A stretch of 35,113 bases of DNA, taken from the IMG/VR virus record IMGVR_UViG_3300032318_001756, positions 1 through 35,113 of that record; one strand, written 5' to 3'. Position numbers and translations under genes: made by a program. Shown one piece after another: positions 17,755 through 28,182 of this stretch. The notes beneath the pieces are model-generated. The model worked only from the letters and a program-made list of their open reading frames with translations, was not told the DNA's origin and made no database searches. The DNA is from a virus (taxonomy: Duplodnaviria > Caudoviricetes). Position 1 is the stretch's first letter, and the number at the start of each line of letters is the position of its first letter.

Positions 17755-19308
17755 TTAGAATTGCGGGATTTCTTCAATCAGAACCGTGCGAGAAAGATCT
17801 TCAATGAAGATGTCACAACGGTCTTTCATCCAAATCTCATAACCGGGGAACTTGTTAGCAGAACTCATGCCCTGAGACTTGGCAAAACCAAGGTGGTGAC
17901 GAGTACCATCAATATAACCCCAAGTCATAGAAGGAGCACCCTTCATCCTTACCTCACGAATGTTGTTCACCATAGAGCCATCGCTCATCGGGGATACATC
18001 AAACACCATGAATACAGGCGTAGACTTTTTGTTCTGACCAAATTCCAGATTGCTCTGAGGAAGATCAAGTTCCTTCAGGTGGATGAGTTCCACACGGCCA
18101 GTTTCACGAGTAACCATTGCATCGAATGCAAAGTTATAAGTGATGTGCTGACCTTCGCCTTGCAGATAACGGTTACCGCTATCAGCCATGAATGTCAAAC
18201 CGCTGTTCAGTGCATCAGCCTTCAGAGCTTGTTGGAATACATCAAAACCTGCCTCGTTAGTGTACATTTTTACACGACGATCTTTTACATCTACACGACG
18301 ATAGAACAGATCACCAAATACTGAACGAATGAGGTTAGCAGTGAATTCACCACGGTTGTATTGTACAAGGTTACCGTTATTACGCATCCTGTGATATACA
18401 CCTGCGGAAGTACGCTTCAGTTCCTGCTTAGAACCATTGGTCTTAACAGTGCCGGGCTTACTCCAAATCATACGCTTAACTTTCAGTTCAAGCATAGACT
18501 TACGCATCCAGAATTCGATAAACGGCTCCCACTTAACATCATTACGAGTGAGGGGAAGTTGGTTCCTGCGCTGAGGAGCATATACAAGAATGTCAAGGGG
18601 CTTACCAGAAGCATCTCTCATCATCTTGTCATCAGCCCACTCAGTGATTTTGTGCTCAAAACCATAGGCACTACCCAGAGATTCAAACATCGTAATTTGC
18701 TCACCCAAACGAGGAAGACCAAGCAGATCTTGATCAAACTCACCAATTGCAGCATCAACAAGCTCAAGTTCAATGCCAGTTTGCAGGAACGTAGAACTTG
18801 CAAAGTCTACAGTGGGGTTATCACTTACGAGAGTGAAGGTGTACAGGTAGCCCATGTTCCAAGGAACAGGATCCTTTACAACGTAGAAGCGAGGACCATA
18901 CTGACGAGAGCCCACAGAAACAATGGCGTTCTTGGAGAACTCATTGGTATCAAGTACCAGAGAGAATTCTTGACCATCAATACCCGGCTTAGACAAAGCC
19001 AAAGTGGAAGAAGGAACGTCAATGATTTTAGGGAACTTGTAAGGCACTGCAATCTGCCACTTCCATGCATCACTATTGTTGTCAATGTAATACGGAGTGG
19101 ACTTGTTAATCATGTCCAAAAAGTCATTGCTGTACAGAGAGCTCTGCGTATACAGACTGATGATTTTCTTATCATAGTCAGCAGGTTCCGTAGAGTGGAA
19201 ACTTTCAAGGTGGTTTGCATCTGTAAGCTTACCTACTGCACGTTTGTCCATAGAGGCAACTCTTGCGTAGGTAAACCCAGTTAAACCCGGAATTGTTTGA
19301 ATAGGCAT
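17755..19308 (-). CDS. Major capsid protein (crAss-like, HK97 fold)
   Basis: 517 aa; order terminase-portal-acidic protein-MCP; strong codon bias; size and motifs (VKMYTNEAG, VELIHLKELD, IFIEDLSRTVLI) fit crAss-like MCPs. Confidence 0.85.
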   Translation of the reverse strand: MPIQTIPGLTGFTYARVASMDKRAVGKLTDANHLESFHSTEPADYDKKIISLYTQSSLYSNDFLDMINKSTPYYIDNNSDAWKWQIAVPYKFPKIIDVPSSTLALSKPGIDGQEFSLVLDTNEFSKNAIVSVGSRQYGPRFYVVKDPVPWNMGYLYTFTLVSDNPTVDFASSTFLQTGIELELVDAAIGEFDQDLLGLPRLGEQITMFESLGSAYGFEHKITEWADDKMMRDASGKPLDILVYAPQRRNQLPLTRNDVKWEPFIEFWMRKSMLELKVKRMIWSKPGTVKTNGSKQELKRTSAGVYHRMRNNGNLVQYNRGEFTANLIRSVFGDLFYRRVDVKDRRVKMYTNEAGFDVFQQALKADALNSGLTFMADSGNRYLQGEGQHITYNFAFDAMVTRETGRVELIHLKELDLPQSNLEFGQNKKSTPVFMVFDVSPMSDGSMVNNIREVRMKGAPSMTWGYIDGTRHHLGFAKSQGMSSANKFPGYEIWMKDRCDIFIEDLSRTVLIEEIPQF

Positions 19309-19334
19309 TTTGTGTTATCTTTTAAGTTTATAAA

Positions 19335-20570
19335 TTACAAAAACCAAGAATTGGATTTTGCTGGCTTACCAGATGTAGAAGATTTCATTGAGGTTTTAGA
19401 AGCTTGTCTTGCCACTTCACCAAACAATTCATTGGACTTTTTAGTAATGCCTGTTTTCTGAATTGTAGAAAGTGTAGGATCTTTTTCAATCACCTTAAGC
19501 AGCAGAGCCACTTTCACTTTCATTTCATGATTCTCAGGACGCTTGAGGTCTAAGATTGTACGGTCAAATTCTGTGAGAAGTTCTCCTGAAGGGAGCTTAT
19601 ATTTATCCGTCAATAGGAAATCTTGTAGTTCGCCAGCAAGTTTAGGATTGACAGGAATACCATCAAAATCCCTACTTTTCACCTTGTCTTGCAGGATGCT
19701 TTGTACATTCTGCACATATTGTTGTTTAACAGCATGTTGTTGTTGGAGTTGTTTCTCTTTCTCCTGTTCCATCTGTTGAAGCTTTGCAGCTTCTTTCTTT
19801 ACAAGCACTTTATGGTGCTTTGTGGCAACAGTTTCCAAATCTCCATAGTTTCTGAGTCTCTCAATCTCTGTATCAATGTCTTCACTATCAAATCCTTGAT
19901 CTGTAAGTGCTTGACGAAGAACTGACACTTGGTTGTTCTCCTGAGACAAATCCATTTCAGAGAAACTCTTTATATTACTATATGTACCGAAATAATCTTT
20001 AGGATTGACACCTTTTACGAAGATGGCTTGGAAAGCTTGTTGATAATCTTCTCCAAACTGTCCAATGAAATTGTTTACAATCTCAATGGCTCCTTTCTTC
20101 TTTTCATTTTGGAACCTCTCAAGAAACTCTTCAGGAGTGCTGATGTTCACATCTTCGTCATCGTCATCATCCTGTGTAAACACATTCAGTTTGAACAACT
20201 CCTTGGTAAGAGTAGAGAAAATGCTAGATTCATCTCCTTCCTCTTCTTCAGAAGGTGTTTCAGCAGCAGCTTTTGGAGCAGGTGTTTCTTCTTCTTCCTC
20301 ATCATCGTTGTCTCCTCCAAGCAGAAAGTCCTGAATAGAATTCTTTTCAGGTTCTTTTTCCTCAACTTTGGGAGTTTTCTTTTCAGGGGAAGGAGCTTTA
20401 TCATCTCCCACTTCCTTTACAATTTTCTGAACATCGTCAGGAGAACCTGTAGAGGTTTCAGCTCCAAACAAATCATTGATGAGTTCTGCGCTTCCAGCAC
20501 CACCCATTTCCATAGTGTTCTCAATACTGAAGCCACCAAATGATTGGTCCATATCCAAATTATCGGCCAT
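19335..20570 (-). CDS. Scaffold-like acidic protein (crAss gene-77-like)
   Basis: 411 aa, very D/E-rich N-terminal half with coiled coil, located between portal and MCP. Confidence 0.7.
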   Translation of the reverse strand: MADNLDMDQSFGGFSIENTMEMGGAGSAELINDLFGAETSTGSPDDVQKIVKEVGDDKAPSPEKKTPKVEEKEPEKNSIQDFLLGGDNDDEEEEETPAPKAAAETPSEEEEGDESSIFSTLTKELFKLNVFTQDDDDDEDVNISTPEEFLERFQNEKKKGAIEIVNNFIGQFGEDYQQAFQAIFVKGVNPKDYFGTYSNIKSFSEMDLSQENNQVSVLRQALTDQGFDSEDIDTEIERLRNYGDLETVATKHHKVLVKKEAAKLQQMEQEKEKQLQQQHAVKQQYVQNVQSILQDKVKSRDFDGIPVNPKLAGELQDFLLTDKYKLPSGELLTEFDRTILDLKRPENHEMKVKVALLLKVIEKDPTLSTIQKTGITKKSNELFGEVARQASKTSMKSSTSGKPAKSNSWFL

Positions 20571-20597
20571 ATTTAGTTATTTAGATTGGTTTGAGTG

Positions 20598-20628
20598 TAA
20601 AAGTATATTTAGATAGGAATTAAACAAA
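20598..20628 (-). promoter_or_regulatory. Candidate promoter for the scaffold/MCP operon
   Basis: Minus strand TTTG - 19 nt - TACTTTTA, about 27 nt upstream of the ATG. Confidence 0.5.
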
Positions 20629-20696
20629 CACATACATCAGTGTAGCATTTGTTTTGCTTGGTAATATAGCATTAAGATTTTTTACTCTAACTAATA

Positions 20697-23303
20697 TTAT
20701 TTACTTTTCTTCTTAGTGTCCTTGTTTCTGCCCTTTGCATTCTCTCTTGCAATTGCCAAGTCATTAGCCATGTTCTCTCTTTCCACTTGCAGTTTCTCTT
20801 TTTCTAATTGCATCTTTTGCAAGTCGATGTTCTGTTTAGACTGAGCTTCTGACATCTTCATTTGATATTCTCTTTGAGCATTTGCTTCTTCGCTAGCAAA
20901 CCTACTCATCTCAAGAACATCAGGAATTGCATTGGCATTTACATCTTCAGCTGGAACATTTCCATATCCTGTAGCAGAGATGATGGCAATCTCCTTCTTG
21001 TTAATCCTATCAAGCTCTTTGTTGTAGTTCTCATTAGCCACTCTAGCTTGCTCAATTGCTTGTTGTTGCTCAAGTTGAGCTTGTGCAATCTGTGCATCCT
21101 GCTCCATCTTCTGCTGATTCTGCTGCATTTGCTGATCTTGCAGTGCTTCCTGCCTGTCTTTCAAAGTTTTGAACACACGCTTCATTTGTCTAATACTATC
21201 CGTAGAATACAGCTCTATGATGTCATGGAGACTACCGCCATTCTGAAGAACAGCTTGAGAAAGTCCTCTAATCTCTTCAAACATTTTCTTATCCTCAGGA
21301 CGATTGGTGATAAACACTTTAAGGTCACGGAATTTGAGATCTGTACCATTCACCTGTACAAATGCTGATTCTCCTTCAGATGTAATATAAGAGAGAGTGG
21401 ACTGTGGCTTTTTACTTTCAACGTACAGAGCAGCATCTACAATAGCCTGATAGAGTTGTCCAAGTACATATTCATGTGCAACAAATATAGGCTCTGTTTG
21501 GGCATAGGATTGCGTAATAGCAGCATTTGTTCCTGTGGCAGATTCACTGGCAGTTATAGATCCAAGTCTTTGCCTTGACATACCTATAAGTTCCCAACAT
21601 TCGTTCTTCAATTGTTGAGCAAGTGTATAACGAGATTGAATTTCCTGTGTGCGTGTGAGGTCAATATCTCTGAATTGATTGAATGAACTAGGACTCTTTA
21701 AGTTCTCAGGACTATCATCAATAAACACCACTCCTCTGTTTCTAGCTTCCATCTCCCATATATCAAGAGCATCTTGAGCATCTCCATCTTTAGGAACAGG
21801 TACATGTCTAATGGATGTCAGATACACTTTACCCACTTCCTTCTCAAGAAGCTTATACAATTGGTTCATACACACATTGTACAACACTTGGAAAGGTTTC
21901 ATCATGTCCACCAAAGACCTAGCCTCTGTGTTCTTCACTTCATAAGTCATACCTACAATGGGACAATAATTCAGAAGCTTGTAAGGTTTTATATGATAGA
22001 TGTCTGGTCCTATTTTAATTCCCTGATACCATTGATTCACCCATCCCCATTCTAAAGATTGTTCTGTAGGAATAGTGCCAGATTTGTAGCTTTCATCAAC
22101 AAGCATTGACTGCTCATTGCCCAATTCATCTGTGTATATCAGCTTGCCTATCTTTCTTTTACTTATCCAATAAGCTCTTACGACAACATATTTGTAACCA
22201 AAAGAGGAAACGTTAGACGTAAGACCCAAGAAATCTTTAAGTCCATCATTGTTTTCCTTCATCTCACTCTCAATAATCATCCTTGTCTGAAGAACAAGAG
22301 GATCATAAGTGTCATAGGTGACACTATCAATACCCGGAGCTACGCTAGGATTGCCAAGGTTGGATTCACGAACATTAATCAATCCATAGTCCTGAAGAGA
22401 GCTTCTGAGGTGGTCTATTTCTTCTTTTGTCAGATCAGGAATAGATTCAATAATCTCAGATAATTCCATCACCTGTACAGTGCCAGCAGCATAAGCCCCT
22501 TGTGCTCTGCCTGTAGGGTCAGAGATGTATTTCCTATCAGGTGTGGTGAGGAACCATGTGTTCTTGGGGTTTGCCACCTCAATATTGAATCCTGTCTTGG
22601 AGTTGTCCTCATATACATGGTAATATTCCCTAGCTGAAATCAGCATGTCTCTAAAAGCATCTTCTGATTTCTCTTTAAGAATAAATTCAGCCTTGAGAGC
22701 TGTGAGAACATGGTTTGCCCATTTCTCAGCTACAGAGGTGTATGTATCCAAGTCATCTTTCACTTTGTCAAATGACATTTGTTGAAGCTCCTCAGGATCA
22801 ATTTCTTCAGGGTCTTGTCCTTGCATCATGAGCTTTTCCATCAGCTTTGACTTTGCTGTGGAAAGTACATAGTTCTGAAGCACTTCTGTCTTATACTGAA
22901 GCTCTTCAGCTTGACTGTCATCGTCAAAAGCCTTCACTCTAAAAGCATCAGGTCTTTTTGATATCTCACCTACAAGTTCATTAATAGGTGTGGTGATAAT
23001 AGAATAATGTTTAACATAGGCAGGAAGTTCTAAGTCCTGCGTAAGCATCTCTGTAAAACTCTTCACCTGAGGTTCTTGATAGAAATCCTCCATGCGAAGA
23101 ATACCTTTTACAAGGTCATAGTTCTTTACAAATGTATCACGATTCTTTACATACTCTGCATAAGCTTTGTTTGCAAAATAGTCCATTGTGTTCTTAATCC
23201 AACTTTCATCTCTTTTCTCCTTCTCTGTCTTAAACTGGTCAGGAAATATGTTGAGATAGGCATACCTAATGGTAGCGTCTTTGGTATATCTAATGATAGC
23301 CAT
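20697..23303 (-). CDS. Portal protein
   Basis: 868 aa after the terminase; SLVDMMKPFQVLYN, ELIGMSRQRLG and long Q-rich C-terminal coiled coil typical of crAss-like portals. Confidence 0.85.
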   Translation of the reverse strand: MAIIRYTKDATIRYAYLNIFPDQFKTEKEKRDESWIKNTMDYFANKAYAEYVKNRDTFVKNYDLVKGILRMEDFYQEPQVKSFTEMLTQDLELPAYVKHYSIITTPINELVGEISKRPDAFRVKAFDDDSQAEELQYKTEVLQNYVLSTAKSKLMEKLMMQGQDPEEIDPEELQQMSFDKVKDDLDTYTSVAEKWANHVLTALKAEFILKEKSEDAFRDMLISAREYYHVYEDNSKTGFNIEVANPKNTWFLTTPDRKYISDPTGRAQGAYAAGTVQVMELSEIIESIPDLTKEEIDHLRSSLQDYGLINVRESNLGNPSVAPGIDSVTYDTYDPLVLQTRMIIESEMKENNDGLKDFLGLTSNVSSFGYKYVVVRAYWISKRKIGKLIYTDELGNEQSMLVDESYKSGTIPTEQSLEWGWVNQWYQGIKIGPDIYHIKPYKLLNYCPIVGMTYEVKNTEARSLVDMMKPFQVLYNVCMNQLYKLLEKEVGKVYLTSIRHVPVPKDGDAQDALDIWEMEARNRGVVFIDDSPENLKSPSSFNQFRDIDLTRTQEIQSRYTLAQQLKNECWELIGMSRQRLGSITASESATGTNAAITQSYAQTEPIFVAHEYVLGQLYQAIVDAALYVESKKPQSTLSYITSEGESAFVQVNGTDLKFRDLKVFITNRPEDKKMFEEIRGLSQAVLQNGGSLHDIIELYSTDSIRQMKRVFKTLKDRQEALQDQQMQQNQQKMEQDAQIAQAQLEQQQAIEQARVANENYNKELDRINKKEIAIISATGYGNVPAEDVNANAIPDVLEMSRFASEEANAQREYQMKMSEAQSKQNIDLQKMQLEKEKLQVERENMANDLAIARENAKGRNKDTKKKSK

Positions 23304-25342
23304 TATGTAAATAATTTTCGTTTTTTGTTTGTAAACAGACCTTGTGAAGGTTCTGAGAATAATCTGTTTTGTTTTTTGTTCTTTGAGAACAAAGCTAACA
23401 CTCTTTCATCACCACTTCCTCCCACCTTTCCCATAATAGGATCCATCTTGAGAGCCTGAGCAATTGCTAATTCAGCAGCCACTATACGGTCAAAGTTACC
23501 CTCATCATTATACTGAATCACTTCTTCAAGCAGCAGAGGATCAAATATCTTACTCACACCTGTTGATTCTTTGATGACATTTCCCTCATCATCTGTCTCT
23601 CTGTATATCACTTCTTCCAAATATCTTTTCAGACAGTTGTGGAGATAGTCTATTATCTTTTGAGAGCTTCTGTGTACACCATACTCACGTTTAACGGTAG
23701 TGTTTGGAACCACTTCCATCAACCATTGAGGTTGCTTTTCTAAATAATGAGCATCTCCTTTGGCTTTCATATATTCTATAAAGGAGATGTCATCGTTCTC
23801 ACACAATGTTCTAGCGTTGTAGTATTTTATCAGGAGTCTTGCTTGTTCTTCCCATTGTTCTTTCTTATCAGGTCTTGCAACATAACTTGCTACAAACATG
23901 TCCTGATATTTCTCTCCTGTTAAATCATGCATTCTTTTGTAAACATAGACAGCTCCCAATGAGGAGCTATATGCCGATTTTCCCTGCCTATAGGGATCCA
24001 CACCTGCTACATAAAGTCCATAAGGAGGGTTTTCAATTGGGAATTCATAAATCACAACAGGAGCATCCTTCATGTCTGAATTCTTCAGAGGAAAGTTAGT
24101 GATGGGTTGTTTGTCTGTGAATTCATGTGCAATCCTTTCTCCATCAGAAAATAGAATTACAGGTGTTCCTGTCCTTTCATTATTATGAAGTCTTGTTTTC
24201 TGCCTCTTTGCAGCTTCAATATCAAATATATTTGTGTCTTCATTGAGAAATATATCATCCACTTCTAATGGGTAATACATCTTCTCTTTAAGATATGCAA
24301 GTCTGTCTCCTGCTTTCTTTAGTCTTTCTAGATTGGTGATGGTTATTTCTTTGGCTCTAGTGTCATCACTAATCAGCATAGGTACGTTATGTAAATCATC
24401 CTCTGTTGGTCTGTTGAGATGGACTCCCAATGATGAGGGTAGTTTAGCCTCCATGCGGTATTTGTAGGATATGAACAATCCATGCACTCTTTTGCTATCT
24501 GGTGAATTGTCATACGAGAGAAAGTTGAAGTTGTCCACATCGAACATAAGAGTTTTAGCATCCATGAATTTTTTCATATCACCGCCTGTTCCTGTAAGAA
24601 TAGGACTACATCCCCAACCAAAAGGTGTTGTAAATCCGGGAACAGCAGCTTGGAAACCTCTCAAGAAGTTCCCTTTACCAATCTCATCAATAATTAGTTT
24701 ACGAGGCTTTGTACCTGCAATGGCTTCCTCATTATTGCCCTCATCAAGGTTACGAATGAGGATTTGGGAAAATGGAATACGTTCACCTGCTCTTGTTTTA
24801 ATACCAAGCGTCACCTGATTCTTCCAATTGTCCTCAATCCTCTGCCATCTCCAAGCTTCAGGAATGAAATTGAGCCCTTTGTCAAGCTTGTCTGTAATAA
24901 GCTTAATATCAGGAGCGTTCAATCCTGCAATAATGTTTTGGGAGTTTTCATCAAATGTGGCTCCCCACCCTATATAGCTTGCCTCAAGAACAGACTTTGC
25001 AAAACGTCTAATACCAAGAATAACAAGTCCTTTCTTCTCTTTTTGAGCTCTATCAATCTCTGTTGTCACCAACCATTCATTATCCCTGAGAAGAGGATTG
25101 TTATACTTCTGAGAAATACGTCCTCTGTCATCTATCACATCCACCTCTGTATGCCAAAAGTTGAGATGCCAATATAGAAAAGGGTTTATGTATGTATCAC
25201 CCATCATAAACCCATCCAAACATAGCTCCTTATGGAAATTGAAAAACTCAGCGTATTCACTTGATTCTTTGTCAGGAACACGCTTTTGATTTATAAACCA
25301 TTCATTGTATTGTAAGTTTCTCATTTCCTGTTCTTCAGCCAC
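23303..25342 (-). CDS. terL: Terminase large subunit
   Basis: Walker A-like GIRRFAKS, Walker B LIIDEIG, coupling motif TGTGG, nuclease motifs AGVDPY, LCEND and NFDRIVA. Confidence 0.92.
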   Translation of the reverse strand: MAEEQEMRNLQYNEWFINQKRVPDKESSEYAEFFNFHKELCLDGFMMGDTYINPFLYWHLNFWHTEVDVIDDRGRISQKYNNPLLRDNEWLVTTEIDRAQKEKKGLVILGIRRFAKSVLEASYIGWGATFDENSQNIIAGLNAPDIKLITDKLDKGLNFIPEAWRWQRIEDNWKNQVTLGIKTRAGERIPFSQILIRNLDEGNNEEAIAGTKPRKLIIDEIGKGNFLRGFQAAVPGFTTPFGWGCSPILTGTGGDMKKFMDAKTLMFDVDNFNFLSYDNSPDSKRVHGLFISYKYRMEAKLPSSLGVHLNRPTEDDLHNVPMLISDDTRAKEITITNLERLKKAGDRLAYLKEKMYYPLEVDDIFLNEDTNIFDIEAAKRQKTRLHNNERTGTPVILFSDGERIAHEFTDKQPITNFPLKNSDMKDAPVVIYEFPIENPPYGLYVAGVDPYRQGKSAYSSSLGAVYVYKRMHDLTGEKYQDMFVASYVARPDKKEQWEEQARLLIKYYNARTLCENDDISFIEYMKAKGDAHYLEKQPQWLMEVVPNTTVKREYGVHRSSQKIIDYLHNCLKRYLEEVIYRETDDEGNVIKESTGVSKIFDPLLLEEVIQYNDEGNFDRIVAAELAIAQALKMDPIMGKVGGSGDERVLALFSKNKKQNRLFSEPSQGLFTNKKRKLFT

Positions 25343-25656
25343 TCTTCAGCCATTGTTGACATTCCTCCATTTCCCCTAACCTCCACCTTTGCTTCCTCAA
25401 TCTTCCTTAGCTTATCCACCACCTCAAGAAGAGCAAGATAGTTTTTCATTGTCTCCTGAAGAAACTTTCCCTGAGCTTCAATGCTAGCTATCACCATAGG
25501 GAGCATTCCTCCTTTTGATGTAGGTTTCCATTCTATCCTGTCTTTTAGTTCGTGCAGAGGATTGGCATCAACGTAAGCTTTCCAACTTTGAAGCTGTTGT
25601 TCTGCCCAATCAAGCTCTACGGAAATGTATGTAGTTTTATTCGTCGCTTTCGCCAT
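25321..25656 (-). CDS. Hypothetical protein, candidate small terminase subunit
   Basis: 111-aa helical protein overlapping the terL start; ends VRGNGG...; assignment by position only. Confidence 0.45.
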   Translation of the reverse strand: MAKATNKTTYISVELDWAEQQLQSWKAYVDANPLHELKDRIEWKPTSKGGMLPMVIASIEAQGKFLQETMKNYLALLEVVDKLRKIEEAKVEVRGNGGMSTMAEEWLKNRK

Positions 25657-25921
25657 CTGAATTTTCGTTTAGAATATTATCTAAATCCATTGCATCCTTA
25701 ATTATCTTGTCAATCTCCTCCTTGTTGGGAAAATTGTCAAGCTCCATGTTCACTTGATACTTCTGGAGAGCAAACAGAAATTCTTTGTCTGTAATTCCCC
25801 ACATATCTCCATATCCATCAAATGCTGTGGACAAATGTTGTCCTATACTATATGTAGGATGTTGTTTGTGCAACTCTTGGAGCAATGAAATTGTTTGACT
25901 AAAATAAGAAGCCTTCCTCAT
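25637..25921 (-). CDS. Hypothetical protein
   Basis: 94 aa, overlapped/coupled within the operon. Confidence 0.65.
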   Translation of the reverse strand: MRKASYFSQTISLLQELHKQHPTYSIGQHLSTAFDGYGDMWGITDKEFLFALQKYQVNMELDNFPNKEEIDKIIKDAMDLDNILNENSDGESDE

Positions 25922-26154
25922 ACCAAATCATTAAAATCAATAGAAGGAGGAGCTGTGGGAGACTCTTCAGAAGGAATGTCTTCTTTGTCTTCTGACACAT
26001 ATTCATCCTTATAGGAAAGAAAAATGGAAGGTTCTCCATTGACATCGTTCTTGTGTTCAATATCAACGTAATCAATTCCTTGATTATACACTAGCATTAG
26101 AGCCTTCATTAACGTTTCCAAATGTACCTTTTCCACCTTCATTGTCGTCTTCAT
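25918..26154 (-). CDS. Hypothetical acidic protein
   Basis: 78 aa, ATGA coupling with the next gene. Confidence 0.6.
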   Translation of the reverse strand: MKTTMKVEKVHLETLMKALMLVYNQGIDYVDIEHKNDVNGEPSIFLSYKDEYVSEDKEDIPSEESPTAPPSIDFNDLV

Positions 26155-26410
26155 TTATATGTTCAGCTTTCCATAAGCCCTGAGGACATTCACAAGAGAC
26201 ACATCTGGTTTTGGCAGAAAGCGTACATCCACAATCTACACAATGTACATCCATTCTGAGGGTGGAGTAATTCAGCTTTTGTTTTCTGTTCTCTGAATGG
26301 AAAATGCAATTCTTACATATCTCCATCCTATAAGCTGAAAGACTCTCAATCCTTTCACTCCTTGTCAGAAGCCTGTTTCTCCAGCCCTCGTAAATTTGAG
26401 AGAAGTTCAT
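26084..26410 (-). CDS. Zn-finger protein
   Basis: RMEICKNC...HCVDCGCTLSAKTRCVSCECPQGLW Cys cluster. Confidence 0.7.
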   Translation of the reverse strand: MNFSQIYEGWRNRLLTRSERIESLSAYRMEICKNCIFHSENRKQKLNYSTLRMDVHCVDCGCTLSAKTRCVSCECPQGLWKAEHINEDDNEGGKGTFGNVNEGSNASV

Positions 26411-26756
26411 GGTTTATTCTTGGTTTTAATGTTTGTGCTACCTCAATTGTATTGTTCAGCTTATTTGTTAAGGACAATAGTCTTGCAGGAGAATTATTGG
26501 GAGAAGAGAGCTGCTCTGTAAAATATTCCATCTTCTGAAGCTGCTTCTCATATTTGGAAGCTGCTTTCTTATCGTTAAAGAACATCTTCCCAAACCCCGA
26601 AATCTCTATTTCTTTACATGTTTGTGTAGCATTGAGAGCTGACGTAAATTGATGATTGACAACAGCCTCAATAACTTTCTCTTCTGTAAGGAGAGAAATA
26701 GCCAATTTCCTAATGAGGAAATCCTTTATGGACATGCTTATTGGCTTATCAAACAT
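26355..26756 (-). CDS. HU/IHF-like protein
   Basis: Helical N-terminus followed by the EIEISGFGKMFF signature of HU/IHF folds. Confidence 0.65.
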   Translation of the reverse strand: MFDKPISMSIKDFLIRKLAISLLTEEKVIEAVVNHQFTSALNATQTCKEIEISGFGKMFFNDKKAASKYEKQLQKMEYFTEQLSSPNNSPARLLSLTNKLNNTIEVAQTLKPRINHELLSNLRGLEKQASDKE

Positions 26757-27090
26757 TGGACAGAAGTTTAATTTCCAATTGAAGAGGCTTATTGAAATCC
26801 AGCTGTATAAGAGAATTCACCTTTGTCTTGTTATTGTTCTTAACAAGAATCTTAGCCTTCTTCAGCTTGGAAATCATGTTATTAATCGTAGGAGCAGAAC
26901 TGTTATACATAGAACAAAACTCTTTCCTGTATTCAGCATAGCTAATGTTCCCTCTAACAGCTGTAAAGGCAATGAGCTGCAATTCTCTTTTTGTAAGCTG
27001 CAAATCATTTATCGTAGACAGAATGGAATAATACTTCTCAGCTCTGAGAAGCACATCATCCTCCACACGTTTAAGCCTTTGTACAATCAT
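26749..27090 (-). CDS. Winged helix-turn-helix DNA-binding protein
   Basis: LTKRELQLIAF...SSAPTINNMISKLKKAKILVK wHTH pattern; first gene after a promoter. Confidence 0.65.
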   Translation of the reverse strand: MIVQRLKRVEDDVLLRAEKYYSILSTINDLQLTKRELQLIAFTAVRGNISYAEYRKEFCSMYNSSAPTINNMISKLKKAKILVKNNNKTKVNSLIQLDFNKPLQLEIKLLSNV

Positions 27091-27110
27091 GTGTCCTTAT
27101 ATAATTACAA

Positions 27111-27141
27111 CAAAATTACCAATTATAATACGTTTGACAAT
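27111..27141 (-). promoter_or_regulatory. Bacteroidota-type promoter for the late/packaging operon
   Basis: Perfect -7 box TAATTTTG (CAAAATTA at 27111-27118 on +) with ATTG 19 nt upstream, 20 nt before the ATG at 27090. Confidence 0.6.
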
Positions 27142-27166
27142 AGCCTTAAAAACATGTATTGCTATA

Positions 27167-27400
27167 TTATCCGTTCAATTCTTTAATAAACCTAATTTCT
27201 ATTTCAACAAGAAGCATTCCAAATGTCAATGTGTCTATTCTATAAGTGTTAGTGGTAAAAGGCTCATGAAATATTCCCATTTTAAAATAACCACTCTTTA
27301 ACAAATTAATGTCTATTATCAATTCTATTTCCTGATAATTGTAAAACCCTTTGAAAAGAGCAATAATAGGAAACATCAATAGAGCCCATAAATAAACCAT
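27167..27400 (-). CDS. Small hypothetical membrane protein
   Basis: 77 aa, hydrophobic N-terminus, downstream of a perfect -7 box. Confidence 0.5.
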   Translation of the reverse strand: MVYLWALLMFPIIALFKGFYNYQEIELIIDINLLKSGYFKMGIFHEPFTTNTYRIDTLTFGMLLVEIEIRFIKELNG

Positions 27401-27446
27401 ACATTAGCTGTTTTATATTGAGAACACCTTCCCCACCCACCGCCCT

Positions 27447-27454
27447 CAAAGGTA
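27447..27454 (-). promoter_or_regulatory. Bacteroidota -7 promoter element TACCTTTG
   Basis: CAAAGGTA on + matches TAnnTTTG on the minus strand; the -33 element is weak. Confidence 0.45.
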
Positions 27455-27491
27455 AGAGGAAATTTAATCAATGAGAGAAAAAAATTATTTT

Positions 27492-27509
27492 GTAAAGCTA
27501 TAGCTTTAC
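27492..27509. repeat. Perfect 18-bp palindrome GTAAAGCTATAGCTTTAC
   Basis: Directly visible in the divergent intergenic region. Confidence 0.9.
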
Positions 27510-27536
27510 CCCTGTTCTAAGTATAGCGTGTAAAAG

Positions 27537-27669
27537 GTCCCCCTAGCCCCCGGCCCTTTTATTAACTATCCCCCCTACATTACAAAAATTCATCATGTAT
27601 ATGGGGGAGGAGGCTACTCCATGTTAAACCCCCCATACAGGGGAGCAGGAGGGGGATGACCCCCCTGCT
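27537..27669. other. G/C-homopolymer-rich strand-switch region (candidate genome terminus/packaging or origin region)
   Basis: Several C5-6 and G5 runs and the hairpin AGCAGG-A-GGGG-GATGA-CCCC-CCTGCT between divergent gene blocks. Confidence 0.45.
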
Positions 27670-27690
27670 TTCAAATTTCATAACTTCAAA

Positions 27691-28131
27691 ATGCACAACG
27701 ACATGGAAAAAAATGTCATCAGGCTTGACGGTGATGCCTGCTACGAAATCACCCTGAAGAACGCAGGTTTGCCTTACAGGAAAGGCAGCAAACTTGATGG
27801 TCAGACCTACAGCCGTTACTCGTACAACGGTGTCATCTTCAATGTCAACGATAGCCTTGGCTTTCGTGAGGCATTGGCAGAGAATGACCTTGCCACTGTC
27901 AAACTCTTGGACACCACTTGGCAGCGTGATGTCATTAACGAAGATGGCAGCGAGTCCAAGAAAGAGGAGAAGGGCTACGAGTTTGAATCCTTCCTTCGTG
28001 AGAGCGACATATTCTCACGCGAAGTGCGTAGGGCAAAGCATGCAGCAACCTTGACTACCATCAAGCGAGTGGCAGAGGCAGAAGTGCTTGACGCAGAAGG
28101 AATGCGAGCACTCCTCTCGGCAAGCGTTTGA
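27691..28131 (+). CDS. Hypothetical protein, first gene of the plus-strand block; GC-rich codon usage
   Basis: 146 aa with an A-rich leader and its own terminator. Confidence 0.8.
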   Translation: MHNDMEKNVIRLDGDACYEITLKNAGLPYRKGSKLDGQTYSRYSYNGVIFNVNDSLGFREALAENDLATVKLLDTTWQRDVINEDGSESKKEEKGYEFESFLRESDIFSREVRRAKHAATLTTIKRVAEAEVLDAEGMRALLSASV

Positions 28132-28138
28132 GACCACA

Positions 28139-28182
28139 GGGCGGCAACCATTCCATAACAGGAGGGGTTGCTGCCCTTTTTT
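28139..28182 (+). terminator. Rho-independent terminator
   Basis: GGGCGGCAACC...GGTTGCTGCCC followed by T6. Confidence 0.85.

Noticed and set aside
14674-19284. Long plus-strand ORFs antisense to capsid-module genes (e.g. 14674-15441, 16645-17415, 18361-19284)
   Set aside because: They are shadows of strongly biased codon usage on the coding strand and show no protein-like motifs.
17755-25342. Introns or inteins in terL, portal or MCP
   Set aside because: The ORFs are continuous and of ordinary size, and I saw no intein or homing endonuclease motifs.
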